Below, piece after piece: positions 23,072 to 36,073 of a DNA stretch of 64,000 bases (within the stretch, counting starts at the first letter, position 1; every line of letters starts with the position of its first letter). The stretch is from Phaeosaccion multiseriatum. Its lineage: Eukaryota > Protista > Ochrophyta, other classes. The stretch lies in assembly GCA_965112735.1 (NCBI GenBank), contig OZ218952.1:2542001-2606000 (forward strand), given 5' to 3'. The notes below the pieces were generated by a model. The model ran no database searches, was not told the origin of the DNA, and saw nothing but the letters and a program-made list of their open reading frames with translations. Made by a program: the position numbers and the translations under genes.

Positions 23072-26000
23072 TTGTCCTCTCTTTGTCGTACCTGATCCAC
23101 TTGCAGGAAGCCTGCAAAGCCGAACTGAATCCAACGCATGGCGATGGAGAGAGGCTGCACGCCGATATTCAGCAGGCTAAGCACAAGGCAGGGGGAGTGC
23201 CGCTGGAGCAGATCCTGGGCCACGCCATCGTTGTTTGGGGGTGGGGTTGTTGGGTAGGGTTGAGGGGCGCAGAGGGAGAGAGAGAGAGGGAGAGAGGGGG
23301 GGGAGAGAGAGGGAGAGGGAGAGAGAGGGAGAGACAGAGCGGGAGAGAGATAGAGCGAGCGAGAGAGGGAGAGAGGAAGAGAGAGAGGGAGAGAGAGGGG
23401 GGTGTAGAGAGAAGAGAAGGGGGAAGGGGGCAGGGGTTTGGAGAGAAACGAGACGGGGTGGGGCAGCAGGTATGGTGGTGAGGGGGTCTCACCGCCTACC
23501 TGCAGTACTATTGAGGCAGTGGGCCAGCAATGGAGGGAATCAACTACTGACCTCGAAGAGCTTGAGTAGGTACACGAGGCCGTCGGGGGCGGAGCGAATG
23601 GCGTTGAGCTTGCACCAGTAGCGGCAGTACATGGCCCGCAACACGAAGTAGACCGGCACCTCCTCCTCGAACAGGAAGCACAGAGGGGCCGCGTAGCTCA
23701 CCATGCCTCGGAAAGGCTGTTCGGGGGGGTGTAGTGTGTAGGGTGTAGTCGTTGGGGGGGCGCATGGGGGATGGCAGTGGATGGGATGGGATGAGATGGG
23801 ATGGAAGTGGATGGGACGGGGATAGCAGTGGATGAGATGGGATGGCAGTGGATGGGACGGGGAGAGCAGTGGATGAGATGGGATGGAAGTGGATGGGACG
23901 GGGAGAGCAGTGGATGAGATGGGATGGCAGTGGATGGGACGGGGATAGCAGTGGATGAGATGGGATGGCAGTGGATGGGACGGGGATAGCAGTGGATGGG
24001 GTGGGGTGGGGTGGGATGGCAGTGGATGGGACGGGGATAGCAGTGGATGAGATGGGATGGCAGTGGATGGGGACGGGGATAGCAGTGGATGGGGTGGGGT
24101 GGGGTGGGGTGCTTAGGGGGGGGGGATAAAAGGGTGAGCATTTCCCTCTCTCTACCACACGCACTCTCTCTCTCTCTCGCTCCGTCACTCACTCCCACAC
24201 AGACCTCACCAACCACCCACCCACCAACCCACCTGCACCCCACAAGGAGGCACTGCCGTCCCCGGCGTCTGACCCTCGCAGGCATGCCCTAGGATGGGTT
24301 GATGCACCCTAACGAGGCTGGAGCGCAGCACATACGTGTCTCTGGCAAGGGCCATGAGCACGTGGCGGAGTACCTCCTCGAAGGGGAAGTACATGTCGTC
24401 GTCAATGATGAATTGGATGTCCAACTCGTACAGAGAGTCCGTCACGAGTTCGAAGCTTGAAGCGGCAGCCGCAGTAGAAGGAGTGGGTAGCGGTGGCGGT
24501 GCAGCGACAGTGGGTGAGGGACGTTCGGTCGTTCCATTCCATTCGTTCCGTGGTGTGGTGTGGGGCGATGTAGCGTGGCGTGGCACAGGGGCGTCCATCG
24601 AGTTAAAACGATGCGAATGCGAAGAGGCAAGATAGTGAAACAAGAGGGAGAGGGAGGGACGGGAGGGGTTGGGTGGGTGGAGGGCGATGGAGGACATGCA
24701 TGCACGGGTCAGAAGGTCTACAAGAGTTGTTCACAACGCCCCCAACCGCTCAGTGCGCATACTGGATAGAAAGGAGGAAGGAGGAAGGAGGAGGAGGAGG
24801 AGGAGGAGGAGGAGGAGGAGGAGGAGGAGGAGGAGGAGGAGGAGGAGGAGGAGGAGGAGGAGGAGGAGGAGGAGGAGGAGGAGGAGGAGAAAGGAGGAAG
24901 ACAACAAGCTGCGTGACATGTCCCAGTGACGTGAGTACAACGTGCGTATCTATGAAGTGAAGTGCCTATCACGCCCACGTACGTACCTGTCCACGTCAGC
25001 TCTGAGCTTGTCCATGTACTGCACCTCCTCCTGTGTGGTGCCCTGCGGCAGGCCCAGCATAAGCCTCCAAAGGCGGGGCCGGAGGGCGGTGGGGAGGCCT
25101 CTCCTGGCCAGCTGTCGAGCGCGATGCACCTGGGCCGACTCCAGCACGGCTTCGCTCTGCTCGCGTCCCTCGAGGACGAAGCGCATCGTACTTTCGTCGT
25201 TGTTGTTGTTGCTATTGTTGTTACTAGTGCCGCTGTTCAAGCCCCCCCCTCGACCGCTTCCTCCTGCAGTCGAGGTCGCGCCGCTACTTGCTCCTCCCCC
25301 CGAGTCTTGGGCTCGGGGCCGCCCTCTCTCTCCATCCAGCCCCACTTGTCGATGCTGAGGAGACAAGTCTCGAAACTTTACCTGCGTGGGGGAGAGAGGA
25401 GTAGATATAAAGGGTTGTGTGTGTGTGTGTGTGTAAGAGAAGAGAGAAAAATACGGAGGGGAGGAGGAGATTGACGCAGTTTACGGTAATGAAGAGAAAA
25501 GGGGGATTTGCTGTCTCTCAATCCCTGCCCTCTCTCTCTCTCTCTGCCTCCCCCCCTCTTTATCTGCCTCTGCTCCATCTTGCCTTCCCTTTTGCAAGTC
25601 CCGCCACTGACCTGCAACTCCTCTAAAGTTGGGGTCTTGAGCTGTATGCCCAAGTGGCCCCAGCTGGCATCCCCTCCGCCCATCTGAAGGAAGGCCTTGG
25701 ATCTGATGGTAAGGCGTGAGTCAACAGAGGACCGATAGGCAAGGAGGGGGAGGAGGAAGAGGAGGAGGAGGAGGAGGAGGAGGAGGAGGAGGAGGAGGAG
25801 GAGGAGGAGGAGGAGGAGGAGGAGGAGGAGGAGGAGGAGGAGGAGGAGGAGGAGGAGGAGGAGGAGGAGGAGGAGGAGGAGGAGGAGGAGGAGGAGGAGG
25901 AGGAGGAGGAGGAGGAGGAGGAGGAGGAGGAGGAGGAGGAGGAGGAGGAGGAGGAGGAGGAGGAGGAGGAGGAGGAGGAGGAGGAGGAGGAGGAGGAGGA

Positions 26001-26243
26001 GAGGAGGAGGCAAGTGAGAATTAAGGCATGCACTACGCCAGCTGCTCTTGAAATGCTTCCGAGTCGCAAGGGTGGGGAGCAGGAGGGGAGAAAAGGCGCC
26101 TGAAGGAGCCGGTGAGACAGACGTATACTCACACACACATGTATATTTCCCCCCCATGTAAAGGTATATGGGTAGAATGCTGAGCGAGCAGCATTTGGTA
26201 CAGGTGGAATCCTATGGGATACGTGAAAGTTATTTCACATGGG

Positions 26244-26280
<37 letters not shown>

Positions 26281-27685
26281 GTTGGGCGAGCGAATGCCTC
26301 CAATGGCTTCAAGCAGGTCTGCAGAGTCAAACAAGAAGCCCAGGTCAGGCCGCCCCTTCCCTGAGGTGCCGCCGCTTCCGGCTGGGAGGGACGAGGACCT
26401 TCCTCCTCCACCTCCCCCTGCCGCTGTGGACGCCTTGGGAGAGCGACCCATGGCGGAGGAAGAGGAGGCGGACGAGATGGATGAGGAGGAAGGGACTGGA
26501 GGGTCACGAAAGCCCCCTTCGTTGCCGTCCAGTCGGTCCTCCACCCTCCTTCTTCGGCGAGCAAAAGGCTGGCCCATTTCCTGCGACATGAGAATCACTT
26601 CGTCGTTGATGCTGCGCTCCCAATCCCTGAGCCGCCGTCGAGAGAGGAGTACAAACAAGGAGAGAGAGAGAGGGGGGGGGGGGTGAAGAACAAGAAGAGC
26701 TTGACAATGAGCGCCTCTTTTGTGGAGGAAGACTTGGGCTGACTGACAACACCACCCCTTATCGGGGCCCAAGGAAGACGGGGTTGAATATTGTCTGATG
26801 ATGTCTGTGACTGGCAGGACAGGCTTCTGACTTGCAGGACACGCTTCTCGGCTTGTCAGTCGCTCGCATTGAAAGCTTCAGCGGGGCTGACTGGGGAGGG
26901 GCTCTCCTCCCCGATGGCCCACGCGTTGGATCACCAACCGATGCGAGTCCGCGCATGGAACTGCCCACCCACCTGCAGGCGGCCCTGACGTGGTCGAGAG
27001 GCTCCTGATCGTGTTCCTTGTGGTCCAGCTCCGGATACAAGCAGCGCAGCTCCGCGGGTAGCGCTCCGTTCATGGCCCCGACGCGTTGCTTGGCCTCTGC
27101 TTTGCTGTGCAGCGAAGACAGGAGGCTCAAGAGCTCCTTGTGGTACCCCGACTGGTGCAGCTCCTGCAGGACCATCGCCTCGGCATCTGAGGATCCTCCT
27201 TCTTGCTGTTTCAGCCTGAAGACATTGCGTACGGAGCAGAACAGAGTGACAACAGCAAGGGAGGGGGGGTGGTGGTGGTCTCCTTCTTTTCCTCCTCCTC
27301 CTCCTCCTCCTCCTTCTCCTCAGGGATGTGGTCCTCCTCCTCCATCTTCTCCTCCTCCTCCTCCTTCGCCCCCTCCTCCTCTCACCTTTGCGCCACCCTA
27401 TCCTTGATAAGTGCCGCCATAGCCCAGTACGCTTTGTTGGAATAGAGGGCCTGCTCGATGCGGGCAGCCTTTTCGTCATCGTTGAGGTTCCCAGTGTAGT
27501 CCACTGGACTCACGAAGCTAAGCGAGGGAGAGAAATCCATGAAAAAAAATCACACGGGAAGAGGTGTAGGGGGATGTCCAGGACAAATTAGGTTTACTCC
27601 CTATCTTAAAAAAAAAAATTGTCCTCCTCTGCGGCACTCACTGGGGGCTGTACAGGTGGGGATGGTAGCACTGCTGCTCCGCCAT
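22565..27685 (-). CDS. TBC1D19: TBC1D19-like Rab-GAP (multi-exon; the 3' end may include one more short exon)
   Basis: GLPTALRPRLWRLMLG, DDDMYFPFEEVL, PFRGMVSYAAPLCFLF, RAMYCRYWCKLN, LLLWDRLLGYDSLTLLPVLSAAIFVFR and KVVPLLQSFIF. First exon MAEQQCYHP starts at ATG 27685. Confidence 0.88.
23770..24092. repeat. Intronic ~41-bp minisatellite built from gatggcagtggatg/ggacgggga units
   Basis: Read directly from sequence; the related short motif also appears near 5625-5670 and 43535. Confidence 0.85.
25759..26000. repeat. (GGA)n tract of about 80 units in a TBC1D19 intron
   Basis: Read directly from sequence; shorter GGA tracts at about 24785-24890, 40008-40090 and 44572-44635. Confidence 0.95.
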
Positions 27686-27914
27686 TGTAGATGATGAGAC
27701 GAAGAAGTGTCACCGAGGCAGAGACAGCCGCGTTGCCTTTATTGTGGCCACCATTTGGCTTATCCTCGAGGCAATCGGTGAGGAGAGTGCGTTTTCGTTC
27801 GCGTGTTGGTGATCGATTGGGTCACAGATTACAAACCTCGAACACACTTCTTTTTCCTCCATTTTTCTCTTTTTCCGACTTCCCACTCTCTCTCTGGTTC
27901 AATATCCCTCTACC

Positions 27915-30900
27915 ATGGTTCAAGCTCTTGGACCTTCTCGAAAGAGGAGTCGACAAGGTGCGCTATGCGGGAGCAGAAGCAGCAGCAGAGGCAGAACTCG
28001 AATGCCATCATGTTTCTTAGTCGTGCTAGTCGGCCTGGTATGCCGCTGCAAGGCACTTTCTCCGACCCAAGTGCAGACACCGCAGTACACCGATACTGGT
28101 GCTGCTGCTGTCACAAGCGCCAGCTTTCAGTCGAGGTGAGTGTTGTAGAGGAAGGGGGAAGGGGAATTCCGTTTAAGGGGTTTCAAAAGACACTACCTCA
28201 CGCGTACAGTTGTCCTTCGCTGCCGCTTGCTATTGTTCTCCAGTGATGGGGACGACGAGCCAAGCACAAATAGAGGACATACCGTGGTGACCAGGGGGCA
28301 GGATTGGATACTGGAGCATACCCCAACCGCGTCGGGAGCGGCGGGAGTGGCGGGAGGAGCGGGAGGAGCGGGCGCAGCTTCAGCAGCAGGGGTCGTAGAG
28401 CCCCTGGATAGAGAAGTTGCTGCTTACCGCCGCCCCCACGGGCTCGATGCACTGATGGGTAGACACAGCAGTAGCAACAGCAGTCAGAACCTGAGCAGGG
28501 GCCTTCAATTCTCGGGCGGGACGGCGGCACCAGAGAGGCTCTGGTCGTTCCTCCGGACGGAGGACTATCGACCCAAACATCGGCACGCCCTGGTCTTCCT
28601 CCTCGTCGGAGCAGGAGAGGGAGGAGGAGGAGGAGGAGGAGGAGGAGGAGGAGGAGGAGGGAAGGATGCAGATGGTGACTCTGGGACCACCAGCGACGGC
28701 TCGAGCGACTTCGGAGAGAGGAAGGAGGGTGCTGGTGCTGCAAGTAGTGGCGTGAACGCGAGCCTCCCGTCACTTCTGACCGCGATACATAGCGTCGTGG
28801 TTGCTGACCTCCTCTGTGACTTGGACTTTATCGTCCTTACTGACTCGGACGGACACGCGGAGGTAGCCGAGGCGCTGCAGGCTATGCCCATGGGTGAGTG
28901 CTTTGGCGCCTTTGCCGTTCGCCTCAAGCTGGAGACGTTCCGGATAGGAGGAGGAGGAGGAGGAGAAGGAGGAGGAATTGAAGTGGGGCCGAGGGTGGGG
29001 CCGGGCTGCACAGAGGAGGGAAGCTTCTTGTACCTGGCCCTCGCCAAGCTCTTGCCCACTGGCATGACGGAGTACGAAACGGTCACCTTTCAGGACCTGG
29101 ACGTGGTGGTGTTACAGCCTGCACGAGGAGGCGATGGTCCTACAAGCACGGGTATAGCGGGCATGTCGAACGGCGTTCTCATGAACCTAAGGGAAGGGCT
29201 GCATTTCTGGGCGGTGGGGGGCACCATATCACCCATCAATGCAGGCTACTTCACCCTGCGGCCCTCCCGCGACCTGTTCGATGACTACGTCAGGGCGCTG
29301 GAGCTGGGCTTCAATGTGGAGAGAGGGTGGCTGGACAGAGGCCCCGTTCCAAAGTGGGCGACAAAAACCTTTATGCAGGGGGCGGAGGCGGCCATTCCGG
29401 AGGCCATGCTTCCGTATAGAGACACGCCAGATGGAGGCAGCTTGCCTTGGGTGTTCCACGGAGCCTGTTCGGACCAGGGGCTGCTTACTGCCCTCTTCTG
29501 GCCGACAACAGACAGTGGTGGATGGGCGGCCGCAGCCGCAGATGCCGAAGGAGGAGGAGGACGAGGAGGAGGGAAAGTTTGGTCGGTGGAAATGCTGGGG
29601 GGGCGGACAGGCATCGTCGTGCCCCAGCGAGTGGGGTTTATGCACTACTACGGCGCTCTGAGACCTTGGGTTTTGTCGAGCGAGTGGTATGTGGCACTGG
29701 CTAAGCGGAGCAAGCGCATACAGAACTTTCGCCCATGGTGAGTGAGTGAGTGAGTGAGTGAGTGAGTGAGTGAGTGAGTGAGTGAGTGAGTGAGTGAGTG
29801 AGTGAATGAGTGAGTGAGTGAGTGAGTGATGGCGAGGGAGAAGCAGATCCATCCGAGAGAGAGGCCGGGGGTTATGTTGGTCCTTTCCTGATGCTGCTTG
29901 CGACTCCTTCTGTATTTGGAAGGTCACCTCCCACACTCCCCGCCTCCCTGGCACTACTTTCTGTCCTAACACCTTGACCAAATCTTGAAAAACCCACCCA
30001 AAACACACACACACATGCACACACACACGCACACACCCCGCCCCTCCTGAACCCAAACAGGTATACGTACTTCTCGGACCTGCTCCGCACGTACCCTGCC
30101 TTACGTCAGTGGCAGTCCTTCCACTCCCTCTCTCACAGCGTTTACATGGACGAAGACGTACGGCCCAACCGCTCTATTCCTTTGGCCCTGACCTTGCCAT
30201 TTCCCGCCCTCGCGGACTCGAAGAACCCCTGCCTAGAGGTGGCGGGTAAGGTGGTGGCCTGTGTCCCTGCCTTCATCATGTTGGGGGTGCAAAAGTCCGG
30301 CACGACGGACATTAATGAGCGCATCACCAAGCACCCGGCTGTGGTGGAGACGGTCAAGAAAGAGGTACACTTTTGGTCGAGGAGGGCGAGGCGAGAGGAG
30401 CACTTGTACTTTGACCGCTACCTGAGCAACTTCTCCCCGCTTGTCGAGGCTCTGAATGAGCAAGGCCCCTCCACCGAGAATGGTCGTTGGCCGGACTTGA
30501 TCTCTGGCGACGCCTCTGCAACAACGCTGTACCTTCATCGGCCATTCTACGGTCCCACTTCGCGAGAGGCCTTCGCCACTCCCAGGCTGGTGGCTGCCAA
30601 CATCCCTTCTGCCAAGTACATTGCCATCTTCCGCAACCCGGTGGATAGGCTGCTGTCTGAGTTTCACTACTTTTGGGTGAGAAGGAGAAGGGAAGGAAGG
30701 AAGGAAGGAAGGAAGGAAGGAAGGAAGGAAGGAAGGAAGGAAGTGCGCATCGGTCCTGGGCGGGGTGCGGCGGCGGCGGCAGCTTGGTTTTACCCTGCTT
30801 TGACCTTGTGCTACCCCCCCGCCCGACGTCCCTACCCTTCTGAGTTCTGTCTCTCTCTCTCTGTGTGTGTCTCTCTTGTCGCCTCTGCTTCTCCCTCCCC

Positions 30901-31870
30901 TCGCCCTCTGCTCAGTCGCGTGCCCTCTTTCCTCTTGGTCTCCCTCCTTCCCTGTGGTCACACCGCTGTGGAGGCCTGCGTTTGGCGTCCTCTTACCCAC
31001 TGAACATGGAAGCTTGTCTACAAGTGTGTGTGTCTGTGTTTCGACTTTTACTCTCAACACTCACTCTCCCGTATCCTTGTTGCATTGGCCGTCGCGCTCC
31101 CCTGCCCCTCTCCCTCTCCCTCCCTCCTTCCTGGGATGGGGAATGGGACGCATGCACGCACGCGCGCACACACACCCACACAAACACACACGCACACACA
31201 CACTCACTCACACATACACACACACATACACACACAGATCGCCGAGAAGGTGCTGTGGGATAAGGAGGACCCCAAACAAGCCGTGCAAGGGGCCCGTCTC
31301 CAATGCAACGACCTCCGAACGCGAGGCATCCAAAATCACATTGCCAAGAAGGCAGGCTTTGGGCCCACGCCGGAGCTGTTCGACGCCCTTGTGGACCGTA
31401 AGCTTGAGTGGTGGGGAGAATGCTCCCTGGCCAAGGGAGCCGAGGAGTGTGCCTTCTTGCCGGAGTTTGCGGACGATCCCAGCTTCGTGTGCCCTCAGTT
31501 GGTGATTGCGATTGGTATGTATGCCATCTTTGCCAAAGAATGGCTCAAGGTCGTGCCCCGAGAGCGTATTTTGTTTATGCATGCCGAGGCTTTTAAGGAG
31601 GATATGAAGGGGAGTCTGCGGTCGGTGTTTGGGTTTCTGGAGCTGGCTGAGCCCTCCGAAAGTGAGTGGGAGGTGGTGTTGCATTCGGACGTTGGGAACA
31701 GTCATAGCTATAAGGACATTTTGGGCATTGATACCGTCATGCTGCCCAAGACAAGGGTCAAGCTTGAGAAGCTGTACGCCCCCTACAATCGGCAGCTGGA
31801 TGCGTATATTGGACAGGAGTTTTCGGCCAGATGGATTTATGTGGACAAGGAGAAAGGCGGAGTAGTGTGA
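27915..31870 (+). CDS. Predicted secretory-pathway fusion protein: GT8-like glycosyltransferase + carbohydrate sulfotransferase (CHST15/HS3ST-like). Exons 27915-28135, 28244-29737, 30061-30676, 31238-31870
   Basis: Basic N-tail followed by hydrophobic FLVVLVGLVC. GT8 motifs: FQDLDVVV, INAGYFTLRPS, SDQGLL, HYYGALRPW. Sulfotransferase motifs: 5'-PSB GVQKSGTT, KKEVHFW, 3'-PB FRNPVDRLLS, IGMYAIFAKEWL. The junction TG|G keeps frame. Confidence 0.8.
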
Positions 31871-32538
31871 GTAGTGGGAAGAATGTGACACACGAACACG
31901 TACACACACACACAGAGAGAGAGAGAGACCAAAAGAACAAAAGAGACAAAATTCTTAGAAATAAATGTATTGGGGAGGAGGCCCAATTGTGCTTATTATT
32001 GCACCAGAGGAGAGGGAATGGTGCAACGGGGACGTAACGGTCCCCTCAATTACATCTTCATCCATCAATCCATCCATCCATCCATACAGCGTGCAACAGA
32101 TTAGACACAAACGCCCCATGATGCCACTCACTGCAGCAAGAGCGCTCCGTAGCGCAGGCTGGTGCTTGACCAACGTAACACCCAAAAGCATCGAGCACAC
32201 ACACTTGTACGCACCGCTTCCCCCCCCCTCTAGGTTTTGCGCAGGCACGTACACGCAGAACCTGCTTCCATCCCACACCCTTGTTGGGCTTTTGAACAAA
32301 TATACCCCTCTTCAGCGTGTTGATTCGGATACATCTCTACACTGTGCGTCCTCGTGGTCTGGGCCTTTCACGTCACTCCCAAGGGAATGTCGTGTAGCGC
32401 GCAGAGCCAGGGCTGATTATCTTCCTGAGCGTTGTTTTTTTCTCTCTCTCTCGTTTGTACGGGCCGTGCGCGTGGTAATCACATACAGACGAGAAGCACA
32501 GTCCTTGATTAGCTTCCCTCCTTCCTTCCATGCTCCCG

Positions 32539-32953
32539 TCACAGCAGCGTGATCATCACGTCGTCGTGCGCGCCCTTGAGCAGCATCTGCCCCTTCCAGT
32601 CAATGGCCCCGCGCTTCCTTGCCGCTTTGAGCGTTCCCACCAGGCTCTCCAGGGTGTCCTGGCATTCCTCCATATCGAATAGCTCCCCAAAACTCACCGT
32701 GACTGGAGAGAGCGATTTCAGGGCGAAGGTGCGTGTGTCAGATAAGACATAGAGAGTAAGGGGGAGACAGAGCGCACAAGAGAGAGAGGGAGAGAGAGAG
32801 AGAGAGAGAGTGCTGTGAGAGAGAGAGTGGGAGAGAGGGGGGGGGGTCGGGAGAGAATTTGAACTGACCTTTGCCATCCTCTCGTGGCTTCCCAATCTTT
32901 TGGAGAAAGCCCTTCAGCAGCTCCACCTCCGCCAGAACATGCGACTCGTCCAT
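32539..32953 (-). CDS. ABRACL: Costars family protein (ABRACL-like); exons 32953-32869 and 32702-32539
   Basis: HVLAEVELL...DGKVTVSFGELF...LVGTLKAARKRGAIDWKGQMLLKGAHDDVMITLL*. Confidence 0.95.
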
Positions 32954-33240
32954 TTAGCTCCAGGCTTACAAATGAAGGAAGGAAGGAACCGAATCGAAGG
33001 AAGGAAAAAGGGGGGGAGAAGATGTCAATGAAATTTGAGTGGAAATTCCATGGAGAGTTTCAGTTTCAGTTTTAATTTTTCCTTTGTCTCCTTTCCATTT
33101 GTTTTCTCTTCAACGCACAGCGACTGAGATTGGATCTGTTAGAATGGAGGAGGGGGGAGTGTGATTTTACTACTTCAAATTCCTCTTTTCTTCACTGACG
33201 TCTGTACCTTTTTGTCGTGGGGGGGGGTGACAATCCTAAA

Positions 33241-34867
33241 CTACGCCTCTGGTGGCACCTCCGTCAAGACGGCGTTGTCATCACCCCAGGCGCGCCCATT
33301 TCGATCAGTATTGACGGCCGCAACCCCTGTATCTAAAATGACGGCACCAGTGAGCCGGTACTGAAGAAAGATCCTGTCTATAAAGGAGGCAGACTGTCCA
33401 CTTCCACAAGACTGGAAGTAATTGGTGGAGTCCACTCGAATGCGAGAGACGTAACCGTGTCCTTCACTGGAGTCGGAGGAGATCCGGGGGTCGCATTCGA
33501 CCGTCGACCCTGCGACCCTATAGCCCCCTTCCGAGTATCCGCCCAAGAGCAAGTCGCCGTAGTAGCTTCCACTGGCCTCATTGTCCGAAATGGTTACATG
33601 TGACGTGGTGAGACAATTCTCAGCACCGACTTCATAAGCCCACGGCGCATTGATGACTTTATTCCCACTGATTTTGATGCGGCGGCCGCCGTCCACATAG
33701 ATAGCCGCTGCCCAAGAGTGCTTGTTGCCGTACTTAGGGTTGTTGAGTGTGCTCATGTTTTCAACAACATTGTTCAAGATGAAGCCGTAGCGGGCAGCAT
33801 CAAGGGCGCCGGGGACAACCCTCCCAGGGGGGCCCTTGACGGGTGCCGTCCCCTCTCCCCCGATGGCATCGATTGCAATGTTGTTGACATCCTTGACGGT
33901 GTTGTTGATGATGGCCCAACGCTGCACGTTCCCATTCACCACGATGCTCTCACTGGACCCTGTTTTTTTTGTTTTGGTTTCATTGGCAAGATAAAAATAG
34001 ATGGGGGGGAAGAGGAGGAGGAGGAGGAGGAGGAGGAGGAGGAGGAGGCGGAAGGGGGGGTTATGGATGTGCTTCTGAAGCTGCACAGTATCGCTCTTCC
34101 GCCGTGTCCTTTTTCGTCCCCGCCTCCCGACCCCCACCGCCTACCCCCCCCCCCCCCCCCCACTCAACACTCACCACCCATCCACCCACTCAACACACTC
34201 ACCCAAACGCCCCCCTCCCCCCCCCCGCGAGCACACAAACACAAACACACACACATACCGCACCTGTCATCATGTCATGGACATTGTTGCTGTCAATTAG
34301 AATGTGCCTTATGCTATTGGCGTTCGAATCGCCTGTTCCCCAAAAAGCAATCCCATGCGCGTCCTCCCCGGTCTTGTAGTTATGAATTTCATTCCCACGA
34401 ATGATTACGCCATTGATGTTCTCCCCATAGGCAACAATTGCGAAGATACCCGCTGTTGACAAATGGCCCTCAAACTCAATGTCCTCAATCACCACGTGGA
34501 AAGTGTTGCTCTCGATGGAGATGGTATACTCCCAGTCCTTTGACCGCAAGGGATCCATGCCGGAGAAGCCGACCAACTTGGTTCTCGGACGGGAGATCCA
34601 CAAGGGCTCCCTCGTCGCGGAGTCCGCGATTTGGACCACGCAGTACCCCGTCGGCCCCACGACATCATTACAGCTAAAAATGGAGTCGTTCATGCTCTCC
34701 GTGGCAATCACATCAGGCTCAGAAGAAAATCTTCTCTCCCACCTCGTTCTGGGGTAGAACTTTTGATCCACAGGGTCCGCATCCCACGCCGCTTGAGTGG
34801 CTTGAGCTACAAGGATGAGGGACAGAAAGAGAAGAAAGGGGTTCAGGGTTTGTGCAACCATCGCCAT
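33241..34867 (-). CDS. Secreted right-handed parallel beta-helix (pectin-lyase-fold) protein of bacterial type; exons 34867-34264 and 33959-33241
   Basis: Signal peptide FLLFLSLILVAQATQA. Repeated I.I..N.I/V motifs, plus AHGIAFWG, TGSSESIVVNGNV, NNIAIDAIGGEG, NPKYG and AAIYVDGG, which I recall from bacterial YwoF-like beta-helix proteins. Confidence 0.8.
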
Positions 34868-35220
34868 CGCCTCCAAGCACTCTACTGAGCTGCTATTGTA
34901 AGATGTACAAGAAGAGCGTGATAGGGGAATTGCGTCAGACAAGCTGTGGTAGTATTTCTTGTGGAGCGTATGCTTTAAGCGAGCTTTCAGCAAAACCTAA
35001 AAATTACATGTGCTCGCTCGCTAGCTCGCTTCATCAGGAGTTCTTTACTTCTTTAACTTCTTTTTTTCTGGCTGAAGCAAAAATCTCACCAGAGGGGGAG
35101 ATGATATCGGGAGATGGAAGATGCTCCTAAGTCAACAAGATCCGATCCTTTTTTTTTTTTTTTCTTCTCCCTTCTCCTGGCACTTGTATAAAGGGTGTAA
35201 TATATTCCTTCTCCTCTATC

Positions 35221-36041
35221 ATGGACCCAGCGATACTGTCCCGTATCCAAGGCTTCGTGGGTGCAGGGTCGCCAGCAGCTCCAAGGCAGGATGCTCAGCA
35301 ACCGAAATCGGAGACGGCTCCTCCCTTGATCCAGATAGGAAAGGTGGAATTGGCATCGGCATCTGCAGCGCACGGACTTGCGACGGTGTACATCCATCTC
35401 GTCGTCTTCTCCAAAGATCGGCCCCTGCAGCTCGAGCTGCTGCTGGGATCTGTGCACAAGCACCTCTTGGGTGGAAGAGGCCCCTCGGCGGGGGGCGCTG
35501 GGGTGGACGACGACGAAGATACCCACTTTACCGTGTCGGTCATCTATAAGGCGGACGAGGTAGTGTGCGGCGGGTGAATAACCCCCCTCCCCTCCTCCCC
35601 CGCCTCCCCCACCTCTCTCGTACACTGCATTTACCAAGCAACTCAGTTCTTTTGTGCCCTCTTCGTAATCAGGTCTTCCTCTCCGTTTGTTTGTCCTGAA
35701 GTCATGTGCCGCCCCCTGCCCCCCGTCTTACCGATATTCACAGAGATTCCAAGCAGCATACAATGCTCTCAAGACCCGATACGCATGGGTGGAGTGGAGA
35801 GAGGAGGAAAAGGAGGACGAAAGTGAGGACGAGGAGGAGGGGGAGGAGGAGGAGGAGGAGGAGGAGGAGGACGAGGATGAGGGGAGCAAGGGCGACAGCA
35901 GGGGTGAGGCCTTCAATGAAGGAGCCGTGAGGGCAGCGGTAAGGAAGGTTATCCCTAGGAGGAGCTTCTGGAATCACGTAGAAGCCTGTGTGTTGCGCCC
36001 GCAGCCTCAGCCCCACACCAAGGAGGATGGGAGACGCAGAC

Positions 36042-36073
<32 letters not shown>

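Noticed and set aside
25378-26157. Poly-Leu, poly-Ser and poly-Gly ORFs, and similar poly-Cys/Ala ORFs near 16570-16645
   Set aside because: They are translations of trinucleotide microsatellites in introns or UTRs.
28244-29737. GT8 domain as the Skp1-pathway enzyme Gat1
   Set aside because: It has an N-terminal hydrophobic anchor and a luminal-type sulfotransferase partner, whereas Gat1 is a small cytosolic protein.
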